A stretch of DNA of 64,000 bases from assembly GCA_035221665.1 (NCBI GenBank), contig CM069137.1, positions 76,756,001 through 76,820,000 on the forward strand, written 5' to 3'. Of the stretch, positions 57,201-62,311 are shown in pieces. Numbering within the stretch: position 1 is the stretch's first letter; the number at the start of each line of letters is the position of its first letter. The notes under the pieces were generated by a model that had not been told where the DNA came from, ran no database searches, and saw only the letters and a program-made list of their open reading frames with translations. Both the position numbers and the translations under genes were made by a program. Source of the DNA: Okamejei kenojei (Eukaryota).

Positions 57201-60200
57201 GACCTGGTGTCGAGACCACAACTTTTCCCTCAATGTCAGCAAGACAAAGAAACTAGTGATCAACTTTAGGAAACGAAGCGATACACGTACCCTGGTTTGC
57301 ATTGATGCCACCAAAGTAAAGATGAGAGTCTAGGACTACAGGCCACAGCCTCAGAATTAAAGGACGTTCTTTTAGGAAGGAGATGAGGAGTAATTTATTA
57401 AGTCAGAGGGAGGTGAATCTGTGGAATTCTTTGCCACAGATTGCTGTGGGGCAAAGTCAGTGGATATATTTAAGGCAGAGATAGATTCTTGATTAGTATG
57501 GGTGTCAGAGGTTACGTGGAGAAAGCAGGAGAATGGGGTTAGCGGGGAGAGATAGATCTGCCAAGATTGAATGGCGGAGTAGACTTGATGAGCTGAATGG
57601 CCTAATTCGGCTCCTATCACATAATCTTATGATTGAAAGCTTCAAATTTCTAGGAGTAAATATCACCAACAACTTGTCCTGGACCACCTACATTAAAGCA
57701 ATGGCCAGGAAAACACAACAATGAATCCACTTCCTTAGAAGGCTTAGGAAATTTGGCATGTCCCTCACAACTCGCACCAAGTTCTGCAGTTGTGCCGTAA
57801 AAAGCATTTTTTCAGGATGCATCACAGCCTGGTTTGGGAACAGTTCTACTCACGACCACAAGAAATTGCAGTGTATTGTGGACGCACTCCAGATTACCAC
57901 ACAAACCAACCTCCCTTCCATTGACTCCATTTACACCTCACACTGCCTTGGCAAGGCCACCAGCATAATCTGGGACAAGTTACAGCCCTGAACTATGTTC
58001 TACCTCATTGGAGACCCTCAGACTATAGGCTGATTGGACTTTTCTGATTTTATCTTGCACTAAATGTTATTCATGATATTTGCTTTATCATGTATATGTA
58101 CACTGTGGATTGCTCAATTGTAATCATGTATAGTCTTTCCACTGTCTGGTTGCCACGCAACAAAAGCTTTTCACAGTACCTTGGTACACGTGACAATAAA
58201 CAAATTACTTAACACTAATAATTAAACTAATGGAACATATACTGGATCTAGTAATTAATGACTATCATGAAACATTTTATTATTACTGGCTTGAAAAATG
58301 TTTGGGAACATTTTTGGTTTGGGTTTTCTGTTAAGTCAGGTCATTCATACCCTGGGGAGCTGCTGTAAATGGAAAGAAGGCTTTTGTAGGACAGGATTGT
58401 ACAATAGCAATTGGAAAGCAAAATCAACAGTGTTTAGATAAAACTTTTAAGGGAGCAAAGAATATTTAGTTTATCTAAGAAATATTTATCCCTTTTGTCA
58501 GTGACTAAACTGCCATAGTCCTGTTGGGTAGTGAAGTAGAGAGAATGCAACGTTTCTGGGATGACTATAACACTATTAAAAGAATGCTATGAATATATTC
58601 AAATAATTGTAAAAAGTTACTAAAATAAAATGGAGCCAGGAAAGCATAGTTAATGGAATAAAGGAAACATGACAACTTTAGTTTAATACTGTTCGCCTTA
58701 AGAGAAATCAAAGGAATATAGCCCAGCTCGCTATCTTATACCAGTGTTGCATCATTACTTTGTGCAGTATATCAATAAGTTAACCTAAAAAAAAATTGAG
58801 AATATCTATTCAAAGCTACATGATCTTATTGATTTATTCCAAGCGTTTCTAAATAGAAGGTCAAATCAGTCCCTATATATACCCACAGGGAAAAAAGTAG
58901 TACAGGTGCACCACCGATTTTCTGGCAACTGGTGGTCCGACACCTCCTTAAATCCGGACAGAATTATGAAAACACACTTGAAATCCCCACCGAAAGTCCC
59001 TCTGAAAATGTGGCACTTAGGTAGGTTGAGGTAATCGATCTCATCCTCATTGGGACTTCTGCATCTGATTGGCAGGTCACAAGTTGCTCCCTGCGGCCAG
59101 GGCTATGGAACTCCGACTCGGCTGGAACCGGTGGGTCCGTTCCCATGGCTGACTTCCGCGGCCAGACTTCCAATCGATGCATTAAGTTTGCCCCCTGCAT
59201 TTTTCTCAAATGTATCTCCATTTGATTGTACCAAATGTGTTATATGACAGCAGCAATATATTGCATTTTCTGTCCATAATTTTGTTCCAACTTATGGATC
59301 TGAATTTCAGATGCTTCAGACCAGAGATGAATTTCTATGCAATGCTATCTCGACATTTGCTTAAATATAAGTTACTGACTTATTAACATCATTTAAAAAC
59401 ACAAACAGATATGATGATTTAAATAAAGACAAACCTTTGCACTTTCACGGGAAACTTCACATACAAATTTCGCAACCTCCTTTTCTTTCACCTCAAGATC
59501 AGTGAGTGGCTTTGTAAATTCAACGTGAGGAGCTATGAAAGAAACAGAGTCTTTCTTATTGGCAGTCTGATTACAATTTATAATGTCATTAATGAAGATC
59601 TGAAGAATATAGCAAAATAGCAACCAATAATCAGGAAAATGCCATTTTGATCTTAATAGTTTCTCTATTTTCCAATACCCTATCTTATGTTCGTATAATT
59701 TCCAGGTTTGATCATGTATAAGTAATGTTACCACATTGAATTTGGGTCTGCATAATTGTTATGCTTATTTGGGTGAACAGTCAAACCATCTTTATGCTCT
59801 CATAATTGAAATGTGCATCATTTATTTATGCATCTCAGTTCAATCGCTTAACAGTTTTCACAGTCAGAGCTGTACAGCGGAAACACTCTTTTTGTCAATG
59901 AGGACCAAGTTGGTACATTAGGCTAGTCCCATTTATCTGGAATTGGCCCACAGTCTCTGAACTCTTCCTACCCATATCTGTCCAAATGTAATTTCTGCTT
60001 CTGTTGCTTCCTCTGGCATCTCATTCCAAATACGAACTACCTTCTGATTGAAAAATTCAGAGTTTCCCTCTTAAATAGTTCTTTCTTACATCAAGCCTAT
60101 GCCCTACAGATTTAGAATCCTTTAACCTGGGAAAAAAGCTGTTCACTTTATCCATGATCTTGTATACCTCAATAAGGTCCACCACTCATCCTCCTACATG

Positions 60201-62311
60201 CTAAAGAAAAAAATCCCAGCCTATGTAATCTTCTCTTATACCTCAAGCCCGCAAGCCCAGGCAACAACTTGGTGAATTGCTTCTGCGCCCTTTCCAGTTT
60301 AATAACTTCCATTCCAGAGCTTGGTGACCAAAACTGCATACAATACCCTAAGTGCAGTCCCATCAAAGACTTGTACAGCTGCATCATGATGCTCCAACAT
60401 TTGTAATCAATAACCTTCCCAATGAAGGCAAACATGCCAAATGCCTTCTTCACATTTCCACCTGACTCGTCACTTTTAGGGAACCATGCACATGTACTCC
60501 GAGATTCTGTTTTGCAACACTCCAGGGTTCTGCTGTTTACTGGGTCAGACCTGCCCTAGTTTGACATACCAAATTGGAATATCTCACACATGTCAGAGTT
60601 GAATTCCATTTGTCATTCCTTAGCCCACCTTCCCAACTGATCTAGATTTTTTATCCAAAAAGGCATATGTGCTTTCAAGGAGAATGGGCACAGGAGATTC
60701 CTGCACTCCATCCTATTCCTTTTATCCGTCCTGGTGGTCACCTATTTATTTTCTGCCTGCATCTTAGGTGTGATCACCTCACTGTATCTCATTTCGCGGA
60801 AAATCCTGAGGTAATTGAACTTCAACTCCGTTTTCCTCACTCGGTCAGTCAGAAGCTGCAGCTGCACGCAATTCTCACAGATGGAGTCCAGAGACGATAC
60901 TGGAAGATTCCCTGACTTTCCACAGCCTGCAAGTGCAGCATACCAATGCTCTAACTGCCATCCTTACTGCACTTTGATGAAAGAAGGAAGTCACTTAAAT
61001 AAGTCCTTATCTTGCTGTCACCCTTTGTTCATCCCATTCGCTGAAACCTCTCGAGTCAATGCCTCAACACTAACCCTCAAACAAAGCGCTTAGGTTTTAC
61101 TATGATAGTTGAGGGATAATTTTTAATAATTTGAGAACTGGCTTCTTGCTTGTTTTAAAATGATTACTACCTCTTTCCCCAAATCTTTCCCTTTACTTAT
61201 GATCTATCTTTATACTATATCCCTAATTCCAGCACAATTTAAGCACACTCCCAGTGATACATTTCTTTGCATTCTAAGTGCCCTGTGAAACAGAACTCTC
61301 TTTCCCACAATGCTCCTTCAAACACAAGTTTAATGCCTTAATCTGCTTACCCTATGCCAATTTATTTGGGACTCCGATAACAATTATAATAAAATAACCC
61401 CAATCCTGTTCCCTAATTTACCTTTTAGAATTCTCCAAAAAGGGCCTCTTACTTATTCCTTCCTCTTCCATTTATATTTGAGAGTTTCCAACTCACAGTA
61501 TAGCTTAATGTTTTTGAACTGACTCAGAGACATCCAGATTACATGAAATTGCTGTCCACAAATTCCCACATTCAGCAGTTCAGAGACATGATCTACTCAG
61601 CCATTGTTTCCCGTGTACTACTCATTTTAGGTCAGTTTGCTTTCTTTACACACTAATTTGATTAAGCACTAAAATGGCAGGTACATTTTAAAACATATTT
61701 ACTCCTTAAAAAGCACATGAACCACAATTTAAACTGGAGGCAAGTGACAGTACCTTAATTTCTCTCTATATTAAATTCTCATCTAACCAAACTCTCTACT
61801 CTGAACATGGTATACTATAGACTTACGTTCCACAGTGAGAAAACAGGAAGTCTTAAAGCCTTTTGCATCGCAAGTATATGTTTTGGAATCTTCAGGTTTG
61901 CAGTCATGAATAATAAGCCTTCGCACTCTTCCATCAGCAATGAAATCATGCTTTTTGGTTTTATGAATTTCCTTTCCATCCTTAAACCAAATAACCTCGG
62001 CATTCTCTCTGGACACCTCACACTCCAGTGTGGCAGTGGTTTCTTCTTCAACTGTTAGGTCCTCCAAAGGTTTTGTAAATTCAGCTGGTGGCTCTGTGAA
62101 ATATTTCAATGAAAGTAATGCAATGCCAAATGTACTGTTGTGGAAGGGCAATATTTTGATATGTAATTGAATTGTTGCATTACTTACCTTGAACAATAAG
62201 CTTGGCAGATGTTGTAAAGTCCTTAGCAGTGAGTTTAACTTCACCAGCTTCATGAAGCTGGACGTCTCTTAGAGTGAAAGTGTGCCTTGTGCCTTCAGCA
62301 CGAGTAACAAC
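1..62311 (-). CDS. ttn: Titin, partial multi-exon CDS (distal I-band Ig, I/A junction, D-zone, start of C-zone); 86 exons, open at both ends
   Basis: Tandem Ig (G-x-P-x-P-x-x-x-W, D-x-G-x-Y) and Fn3 (W-x-x-P-x-x-DGG, Y-x-FRV-x-A-x-N) domains in titin order: Ig-only run; Ig-Fn3x3-Ig-Fn3x2-Ig-Fn3x6; six Ig-Fn2-Ig-Fn3 repeats (40084 to 18695); then Ig-Fn2-Ig-Fn3-Ig-Fn3 repeats. Exon phases are compatible; summed length 28,583 nt. Confidence 0.98.
3353..3655 (-). CDS. ttn: titin exon (ex325), Fn3
   Basis: AG/GT bounded, 303 nt, [15 protein letters not shown]. Confidence 0.92.
3751..4338 (-). CDS. ttn: titin exon (ex324), Ig+Fn3
   Basis: AG/GT, 588 nt, [12 protein letters not shown] and [12 protein letters not shown]. 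Confidence 0.92.
4427..4723 (-). CDS. ttn: titin exon (ex323), Fn3
   Basis: AG/GT, 297 nt, [15 protein letters not shown]. Confidence 0.92.
4815..5012 (-). CDS. ttn: titin exon (ex322), Fn3 C-part
   Basis: AG/GT, 198 nt, [13 protein letters not shown]. Confidence 0.9.
5092..5196 (-). CDS. ttn: titin exon (ex321), Fn3 N-part
   Basis: AG/GT, 105 nt, [13 protein letters not shown]. Confidence 0.9.
5288..5875 (-). CDS. ttn: titin exon (ex320), Ig+Fn3
   Basis: AG/GT, 588 nt, [12 protein letters not shown] and [12 protein letters not shown]. Confidence 0.92.
6979..8525 (-). mobile_element. 5'-truncated, decayed CR1-clade LINE (RT region, 3' UTR, short-repeat tail)
   Basis: Fragments [74 protein letters not shown]; (CTATGTTT)-like tail near 6980; frameshifts and deletions. 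Confidence 0.92.
8671..8958 (-). CDS. ttn: titin exon (ex319), Fn3
   Basis: AG/GT, 288 nt, [13 protein letters not shown]. Confidence 0.92.
9076..9366 (-). CDS. ttn: titin exon (ex318), Fn3
   Basis: AG/GT, 291 nt, [12 protein letters not shown]. Confidence 0.92.
9479..9766 (-). CDS. ttn: titin exon (ex317), Ig; starts 2nd C-zone repeat
   Basis: AG/GT, 288 nt, [11 protein letters not shown]. Confidence 0.92.
9900..10085 (+). mobile_element. old CR1 LINE 3' end relic
   Basis: CAGCCATGA...TGGCCTACTCCTGCT 3'-UTR motif shared with other CR1 copies here. Confidence 0.6.
10506..10811 (-). CDS. ttn: titin exon (ex316), Fn3
   Basis: AG/GT, 306 nt, [13 protein letters not shown]. Confidence 0.92.
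10918..11220 (-). CDS. ttn: titin exon (ex315), Fn3
   Basis: AG/GT, 303 nt, [13 protein letters not shown]. Confidence 0.92.
11312..11608 (-). CDS. ttn: titin exon (ex314), Fn3
   Basis: AG/GT, 297 nt, [13 protein letters not shown]. Confidence 0.92.
11878..12165 (-). CDS. ttn: titin exon (ex313), Ig
   Basis: AG/GT, 288 nt, [10 protein letters not shown]. Confidence 0.92.
12293..12592 (-). CDS. ttn: titin exon (ex312), Fn3
   Basis: AG/GT, 300 nt, [13 protein letters not shown]. Confidence 0.92.
12702..13004 (-). CDS. ttn: titin exon (ex311), Fn3
   Basis: AG/GT, 303 nt, [13 protein letters not shown]. Confidence 0.92.
13090..13389 (-). CDS. ttn: titin exon (ex310), Fn3
   Basis: AG/GT, 300 nt, [13 protein letters not shown]. 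Confidence 0.92.
13515..13790 (-). CDS. ttn: titin exon (ex309), Ig
   Basis: AG/GT, 276 nt, [10 protein letters not shown]. Confidence 0.9.
14662..14964 (-). CDS. ttn: titin exon (ex308), Fn3
   Basis: AG/GT, 303 nt, [13 protein letters not shown]. Confidence 0.92.
15103..15402 (-). CDS. ttn: titin exon (ex307), Fn3
   Basis: AG/GT, 300 nt, [13 protein letters not shown]. Confidence 0.92.
15460..15660 (-). mobile_element. old CR1 LINE 3' relic
   Basis: Minus frame [14 protein letters not shown] resembles CR1 C-terminus (compare [14 protein letters not shown] at 7016-7267). Confidence 0.55.
15850..16087 (+). mobile_element. 3' end of a non-LTR retroelement, clade uncertain
   Basis: TTCAAGAAGG...CCTTGCCAGC..CACATCCCA then A-run; resembles a common elasmobranch LINE terminus (recognition only). 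Confidence 0.45.
16130..16620 (+). mobile_element. decayed CR1 LINE 3' fragment
   Basis: [27 protein letters not shown]; ends GACCGAAGGGCCTG..TCTATGCT. Confidence 0.8.
17369..17408. repeat. inverted repeat, 17-bp perfect arms, 6-nt spacer
   Basis: ACTAGAGAGATAGACAA-CTATAA-TTGTCTATCTCTCTAGT. Confidence 0.9.
17615..17749 (+). mobile_element. short Penelope-derived element with degenerate hammerhead motif
   Basis: CTGAAGA-AAGGT-CTCG-ACCC-TAAACATC; homologous to 47530-47620; 11-bp flanking repeat AATCTATT(C/G)TT at 17604 and 17750. Confidence 0.75.
18278..18562 (-). CDS. ttn: titin exon (ex306), Ig; first C-zone domain
   Basis: AG/GT, 285 nt, [10 protein letters not shown]. Confidence 0.92.
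18695..19015 (-). CDS. ttn: titin exon (ex305), Fn3; last D-zone domain
   Basis: AG/GT, 321 nt, [13 protein letters not shown]. Confidence 0.92.
19120..22086 (-). CDS. ttn: titin large exon (ex304), Ig-Fn-Fn-Fn-Ig-Fn-Fn-Ig-Fn-Fn
   Basis: AG/GT, 2967 nt; the 1008-aa ORF trimmed to splice sites. Confidence 0.95.
22189..22482 (-). CDS. ttn: titin exon (ex303), Fn3
   Basis: AG/GT, 294 nt, [13 protein letters not shown]. Confidence 0.9.
22573..22872 (-). CDS. ttn: titin exon (ex302), Fn3
   Basis: AG/GT, 300 nt, [13 protein letters not shown]. Confidence 0.92.
22968..23249 (-). CDS. ttn: titin exon (ex301), Ig
   Basis: AG/GT, 282 nt, [10 protein letters not shown]. Confidence 0.92.
23363..23671 (-). 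CDS. ttn: titin exon (ex300), Fn3
   Basis: AG/GT, 309 nt, [13 protein letters not shown]. Confidence 0.92.
23769..24071 (-). CDS. ttn: titin exon (ex299), Fn3
   Basis: AG/GT, 303 nt, [12 protein letters not shown]. Confidence 0.92.
24706..24857 (-). mobile_element. short retroelement 3' tail inserted in CR1
   Basis: 7-bp target duplication GACTTTG (24699, 24858); hexamer-like tail next to TTTATT. Confidence 0.65.
24894..24987. repeat. perfect inverted repeat, 43-bp arms, 8-nt spacer
   Basis: 24894-24936 is the exact reverse complement of 24945-24987. Confidence 0.95.
25292..25591 (-). CDS. ttn: titin exon (ex298), Fn3
   Basis: AG/GT, 300 nt, [13 protein letters not shown]. Confidence 0.92.
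25681..25962 (-). CDS. ttn: titin exon (ex297), Ig
   Basis: AG/GT, 282 nt, [10 protein letters not shown]. Confidence 0.92.
26047..26349 (-). CDS. ttn: titin exon (ex296), Fn3
   Basis: AG/GT, 303 nt, [13 protein letters not shown]. Confidence 0.92.
26451..26753 (-). CDS. ttn: titin exon (ex295), Fn3
   Basis: AG/GT, 303 nt, [13 protein letters not shown]. Confidence 0.92.
26836..27117 (-). CDS. ttn: titin exon (ex294), Ig
   Basis: AG/GT, 282 nt, [10 protein letters not shown]. Confidence 0.92.
27222..27372 (-). CDS. ttn: titin exon (ex293), Fn3 C-part
   Basis: AG/GT, 151 nt, [13 protein letters not shown]. Confidence 0.9.
28126..28274 (-). CDS. ttn: titin exon (ex292), Fn3 N-part
   Basis: AG/GT, 149 nt, [13 protein letters not shown]. 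Confidence 0.9.
28581..28895 (-). CDS. ttn: titin exon (ex291), Fn3
   Basis: AG/GT, 315 nt, [13 protein letters not shown]. Confidence 0.92.
29181..29480 (-). CDS. ttn: titin exon (ex290), Fn3
   Basis: AG/GT, 300 nt, [13 protein letters not shown]. Confidence 0.92.
29574..29870 (-). CDS. ttn: titin exon (ex289), Ig
   Basis: AG/GT, 297 nt, [10 protein letters not shown]. Confidence 0.92.
29969..30286 (-). CDS. ttn: titin exon (ex288), Fn3
   Basis: AG/GT, 318 nt, [13 protein letters not shown]. Confidence 0.92.
30381..30680 (-). CDS. ttn: titin exon (ex287), Fn3
   Basis: AG/GT, 300 nt, [13 protein letters not shown]. Confidence 0.92.
30769..30898 (-). CDS. ttn: titin exon (ex286), Ig C-part
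   Basis: AG/GT, 130 nt, [14 protein letters not shown]. Confidence 0.9.
31003..31035 (-). CDS. ttn: titin 33-nt microexon (ex285), [11 protein letters not shown]
   Basis: ctctttatag acceptor, CAG/gtaata donor, phase 0-0. Confidence 0.85.
31578..31750 (+). mobile_element. CR1 LINE 3' end relic
   Basis: TTTAAGAGATACTTAGACAGG...GGTCGGCACGGATGTGGTG...GTTTCTGTGCTGT. Confidence 0.65.
33121..33269 (-). CDS. ttn: titin exon (ex284), Ig N-part
   Basis: AG/GT, 149 nt, [10 protein letters not shown]. Confidence 0.9.
33351..33659 (-). CDS. ttn: titin exon (ex283), Fn3
   Basis: AG/GT, 309 nt, [13 protein letters not shown]. Confidence 0.9.
33867..34640 (-). mobile_element. decayed Rex1/Babar-like LINE 3' fragment
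   Basis: Reverse strand gives IVKDACHP and SRLQNSFFP, like the + copies at 46128 and 57085. Confidence 0.65.
34734..35163 (-). CDS. ttn: titin exon (ex282), Fn3 C-part + Fn3
   Basis: AG/GT, 430 nt, [13 protein letters not shown]. Confidence 0.92.
35270..35460 (-). CDS. ttn: titin exon (ex281), Fn3 N-part
   Basis: AG/GT, 191 nt, [13 protein letters not shown]. Confidence 0.9.
35567..35875 (-). CDS. ttn: titin exon (ex280), Ig
   Basis: AG/GT, 309 nt, [10 protein letters not shown]. Confidence 0.92.
35995..36294 (-). CDS. ttn: titin exon (ex279), Fn3
   Basis: AG/GT, 300 nt, [13 protein letters not shown]. Confidence 0.92.
36379..36672 (-). CDS. ttn: titin exon (ex278), Fn3
   Basis: AG/GT, 294 nt, [13 protein letters not shown]. 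Confidence 0.92.
36764..37051 (-). CDS. ttn: titin exon (ex277), Ig
   Basis: AG/GT, 288 nt, [10 protein letters not shown]. Confidence 0.92.
37137..37433 (-). CDS. ttn: titin exon (ex276), Fn3
   Basis: AG/GT, 297 nt, [13 protein letters not shown]. Confidence 0.9.
37534..37833 (-). CDS. ttn: titin exon (ex275), Fn3
   Basis: AG/GT, 300 nt, [12 protein letters not shown]. Confidence 0.92.
38002..38304 (-). CDS. ttn: titin exon (ex274), Fn3
   Basis: AG/GT, 303 nt, [13 protein letters not shown]. Confidence 0.92.
38447..38824 (-). CDS. ttn: titin exon (ex273), Ig with long charged insert
   Basis: AG/GT, 378 nt, [10 protein letters not shown]...KDHGNYTI. Confidence 0.92.
38977..39279 (-). CDS. 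ttn: titin exon (ex272), Fn3
   Basis: AG/GT, 303 nt, [13 protein letters not shown]. Confidence 0.92.
39387..39686 (-). CDS. ttn: titin exon (ex271), Fn3
   Basis: AG/GT, 300 nt, [13 protein letters not shown]. Confidence 0.92.
39806..40084 (-). CDS. ttn: titin exon (ex270), Ig; first D-zone domain
   Basis: AG/GT, 279 nt, [10 protein letters not shown]. Confidence 0.92.
40194..40499 (-). CDS. ttn: titin exon (ex269), Fn3; end of I/A junction
   Basis: AG/GT, 306 nt, [13 protein letters not shown]. Confidence 0.92.
40593..40789 (-). CDS. ttn: titin exon (ex268), Fn3 C-part
   Basis: AG/GT, 197 nt, [12 protein letters not shown]. Confidence 0.9.
40916..41021 (-). CDS. ttn: titin exon (ex267), Fn3 N-part
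   Basis: AG/GT, 106 nt, [12 protein letters not shown]. Confidence 0.88.
41114..41413 (-). CDS. ttn: titin exon (ex266), Fn3
   Basis: AG/GT, 300 nt, [13 protein letters not shown]. Confidence 0.92.
41506..41805 (-). CDS. ttn: titin exon (ex265), Fn3
   Basis: AG/GT, 300 nt, [13 protein letters not shown]. Confidence 0.92.
42059..42174 (-). CDS. ttn: titin exon (ex264), Fn3 C-part
   Basis: AG/GT, 116 nt, [13 protein letters not shown]. Confidence 0.9.
42211..42253 (+). mobile_element. very short CR1 3' tip
   Basis: AAGGGCCGAATGGCCTACTCCTGCACCTA, near-identical to the CR1 terminus at 49215-49245. Confidence 0.7.
43782..43968 (-). CDS. ttn: titin exon (ex263), Fn3 N-part
   Basis: AG/GT, 187 nt, [13 protein letters not shown]. 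Confidence 0.9.
44079..44375 (-). CDS. ttn: titin exon (ex262), Fn3
   Basis: AG/GT, 297 nt, [13 protein letters not shown]. Confidence 0.92.
44467..44754 (-). CDS. ttn: titin exon (ex261), Ig
   Basis: AG/GT, 288 nt, [10 protein letters not shown]. Confidence 0.92.
45206..45327 (-). CDS. ttn: titin exon (ex260), Fn3 C-part
   Basis: AG/GT, 122 nt, [13 protein letters not shown]. Confidence 0.9.
45413..45590 (-). CDS. ttn: titin exon (ex259), Fn3 N-part
   Basis: AG/GT, 178 nt, [13 protein letters not shown]. Confidence 0.9.
46128..46800 (+). mobile_element. decayed Rex1/Babar-like LINE 3' fragment interrupted by a MITE
   Basis: [34 protein letters not shown][insert]IRLLN. Confidence 0.75.
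46522..46723. mobile_element. MITE, possibly PIF/Harbinger-like
   Basis: TIRs CCTGTCCTACTTTGGCGA / TCGCCTAAGTGGGACAGG (16/18 match); internal palindrome AAAATTTTCAA..TTGAAAATTTT; TGTCGTAGGT repeats. Confidence 0.75.
47199..47346 (-). CDS. ttn: titin exon (ex258), Fn3 C-part
   Basis: AG/GT, 148 nt, [13 protein letters not shown]; completes the Fn3 begun at 48482. Confidence 0.9.
47380..47622 (+). mobile_element. 5'-truncated Penelope-like retroelement (GIY-YIG C-terminal remnant plus 3' region)
   Basis: Starts [10 protein letters not shown] (P-x-G-x-N end motif of PLE endonucleases); pyrimidine tract; hammerhead motif; perfect 11-bp TSD ATGATATAACT (47369, 47623). Confidence 0.8.
47528..47559 (+). 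ncRNA. minimal type I hammerhead ribozyme motif
   Basis: gc-CUGAAGA-A-GGGU-CUCG-ACCC-GAAA-U-GUC-gc; core boxes intact, predicted cleavage after 47557. Confidence 0.6.
48331..48482 (-). CDS. ttn: titin exon (ex257), Fn3 N-part
   Basis: AG/GT, 152 nt, [13 protein letters not shown]. Confidence 0.9.
48886..49260 (+). mobile_element. CR1 LINE 3' fragment
   Basis: [34 protein letters not shown]; tail TCTATGTATCTATGT. Confidence 0.88.
49604..49888 (-). CDS. ttn: titin exon (ex256), Ig
   Basis: AG/GT, 285 nt, [10 protein letters not shown]. Confidence 0.92.
50010..50124 (-). CDS. ttn: titin exon (ex255), Fn3 C-part
   Basis: AG/GT, 115 nt, [13 protein letters not shown]. Confidence 0.9.
50397..50740 (-). 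mobile_element. CR1 LINE 3' fragment (same subfamily as 48886 and 6979 copies)
   Basis: [22 protein letters not shown]...[10 protein letters not shown]; TAGACAATAGG tail. Confidence 0.88.
51103..51290 (-). CDS. ttn: titin exon (ex254), Fn3 N-part
   Basis: AG/GT, 188 nt, [13 protein letters not shown]. Confidence 0.9.
51386..51688 (-). CDS. ttn: titin exon (ex253), Fn3
   Basis: AG/GT, 303 nt, [13 protein letters not shown]. Confidence 0.92.
51790..52089 (-). CDS. ttn: titin exon (ex252), first Fn3 in transcript order
   Basis: AG/GT, 300 nt, [13 protein letters not shown]. Confidence 0.92.
52176..52463 (-). CDS. ttn: titin exon (ex251), Ig; start of I/A junction
   Basis: AG/GT, 288 nt, [10 protein letters not shown]. 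Confidence 0.92.
52569..52835 (-). CDS. ttn: titin exon (ex250), distal Ig
   Basis: AG/GT, 267 nt, RDQGEYRF. Confidence 0.92.
52921..53045 (-). CDS. ttn: titin exon (ex249), Ig C-part, GC donor
   Basis: AG acceptor, AAG/gcaagt donor, 125 nt, [10 protein letters not shown]. Confidence 0.87.
53145..53553 (-). CDS. ttn: titin exon (ex248), Ig + Ig N-part
   Basis: AG/GT, 409 nt, KDEGEYTV. Confidence 0.92.
53639..53917 (-). CDS. ttn: titin exon (ex247), distal Ig
   Basis: AG/GT, 279 nt, EDQGTFTV. Confidence 0.92.
54312..54578 (-). CDS. ttn: titin exon (ex246), distal Ig
   Basis: AG/GT, 267 nt, KDEGTYAV. Confidence 0.92.
54663..54932 (-). CDS. ttn: titin exon (ex245), distal Ig
   Basis: AG/GT, 270 nt, DDGEYNC. 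Confidence 0.9.
55024..55192 (-). CDS. ttn: titin exon (ex244), Ig C-part
   Basis: AG/GT, 169 nt, DDEAEYEC. Confidence 0.9.
55728..55749. repeat. (CT)n microsatellite, imperfect
   Basis: CTCTCTCTTTCTCTCTCTCTCT. Confidence 0.7.
55930..56510 (-). mobile_element. old CR1 3' relic split by a younger insertion
   Basis: ATTCAAT..CATGGCTGATC and AATGGCAACCCTTTATTTTGAGA motifs parallel the 6979 copy. Confidence 0.6.
56195..56445 (+). mobile_element. retroelement 3' fragment with (ATTC)n tail
   Basis: TSD CAGGTC (56189, 56446); AATAAA then TCATTCATTCATTC. Confidence 0.7.
57085..58210 (+). mobile_element. Rex1/Babar-like LINE, RT C-terminal half to tail
   Basis: [59 protein letters not shown]; ends GTGACAATAAA. 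Confidence 0.82.
57325..57628 (+). mobile_element. CR1 3' fragment nested in Rex1-like element
   Basis: CACAGCCTCAGAATTAAAGGAC...GAATCTGTGGAATTC...AATGGCCTAATTC. Confidence 0.82.
58901..59340. mobile_element. possible non-autonomous DNA transposon relic
   Basis: GC-richer island starting TACAGGTGCACC; right end not resolved. Confidence 0.3.
59435..59532 (-). CDS. ttn: titin exon (ex243), Ig N-part
   Basis: AG/GT, 98 nt, KFVCEVSRE; 98+169 = 267-nt Ig with ex244. Confidence 0.9.
59855..60645 (-). mobile_element. decayed CR1 LINE 3' region
   Basis: [19 protein letters not shown]...[15 protein letters not shown]. Confidence 0.82.
60680..61000 (-). mobile_element. CR1 ORF1 N-terminal relic
   Basis: Reverse strand reads [21 protein letters not shown], a CxxC plus leucine-zipper pattern typical of CR1 ORF1. 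Confidence 0.6.
61827..62093 (-). CDS. ttn: titin exon (ex242), distal Ig
   Basis: AG/GT, 267 nt, EDSKTYTC. Confidence 0.92.
62188..62311 (-). CDS. ttn: titin exon (ex241), Ig C-part; first exon in the window
   Basis: AG/GT, 124 nt, [27 protein letters not shown]. Confidence 0.9.

Larger units (their letters stand above)
56921..58367. mobile_element. possible Tc1/pogo-type (TA-flanked) MITE relic hosting nested LINEs
   Basis: Degenerate ends TACAGGCAATTTGCAGGTTATG / CATACCCTGGGGAGCTGCTGTA. Confidence 0.4.

Noticed and set aside
3300-62253. ORF-track proteins read as separate small genes
   Set aside because: They are exons with intronic read-through at both ends; splice phases join them into one frame.
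1-62311. Myomesin, MyBP-C, obscurin or twitchin as the gene identity
   Set aside because: The number of domains and the 7- and 11-domain super-repeats are specific to titin.
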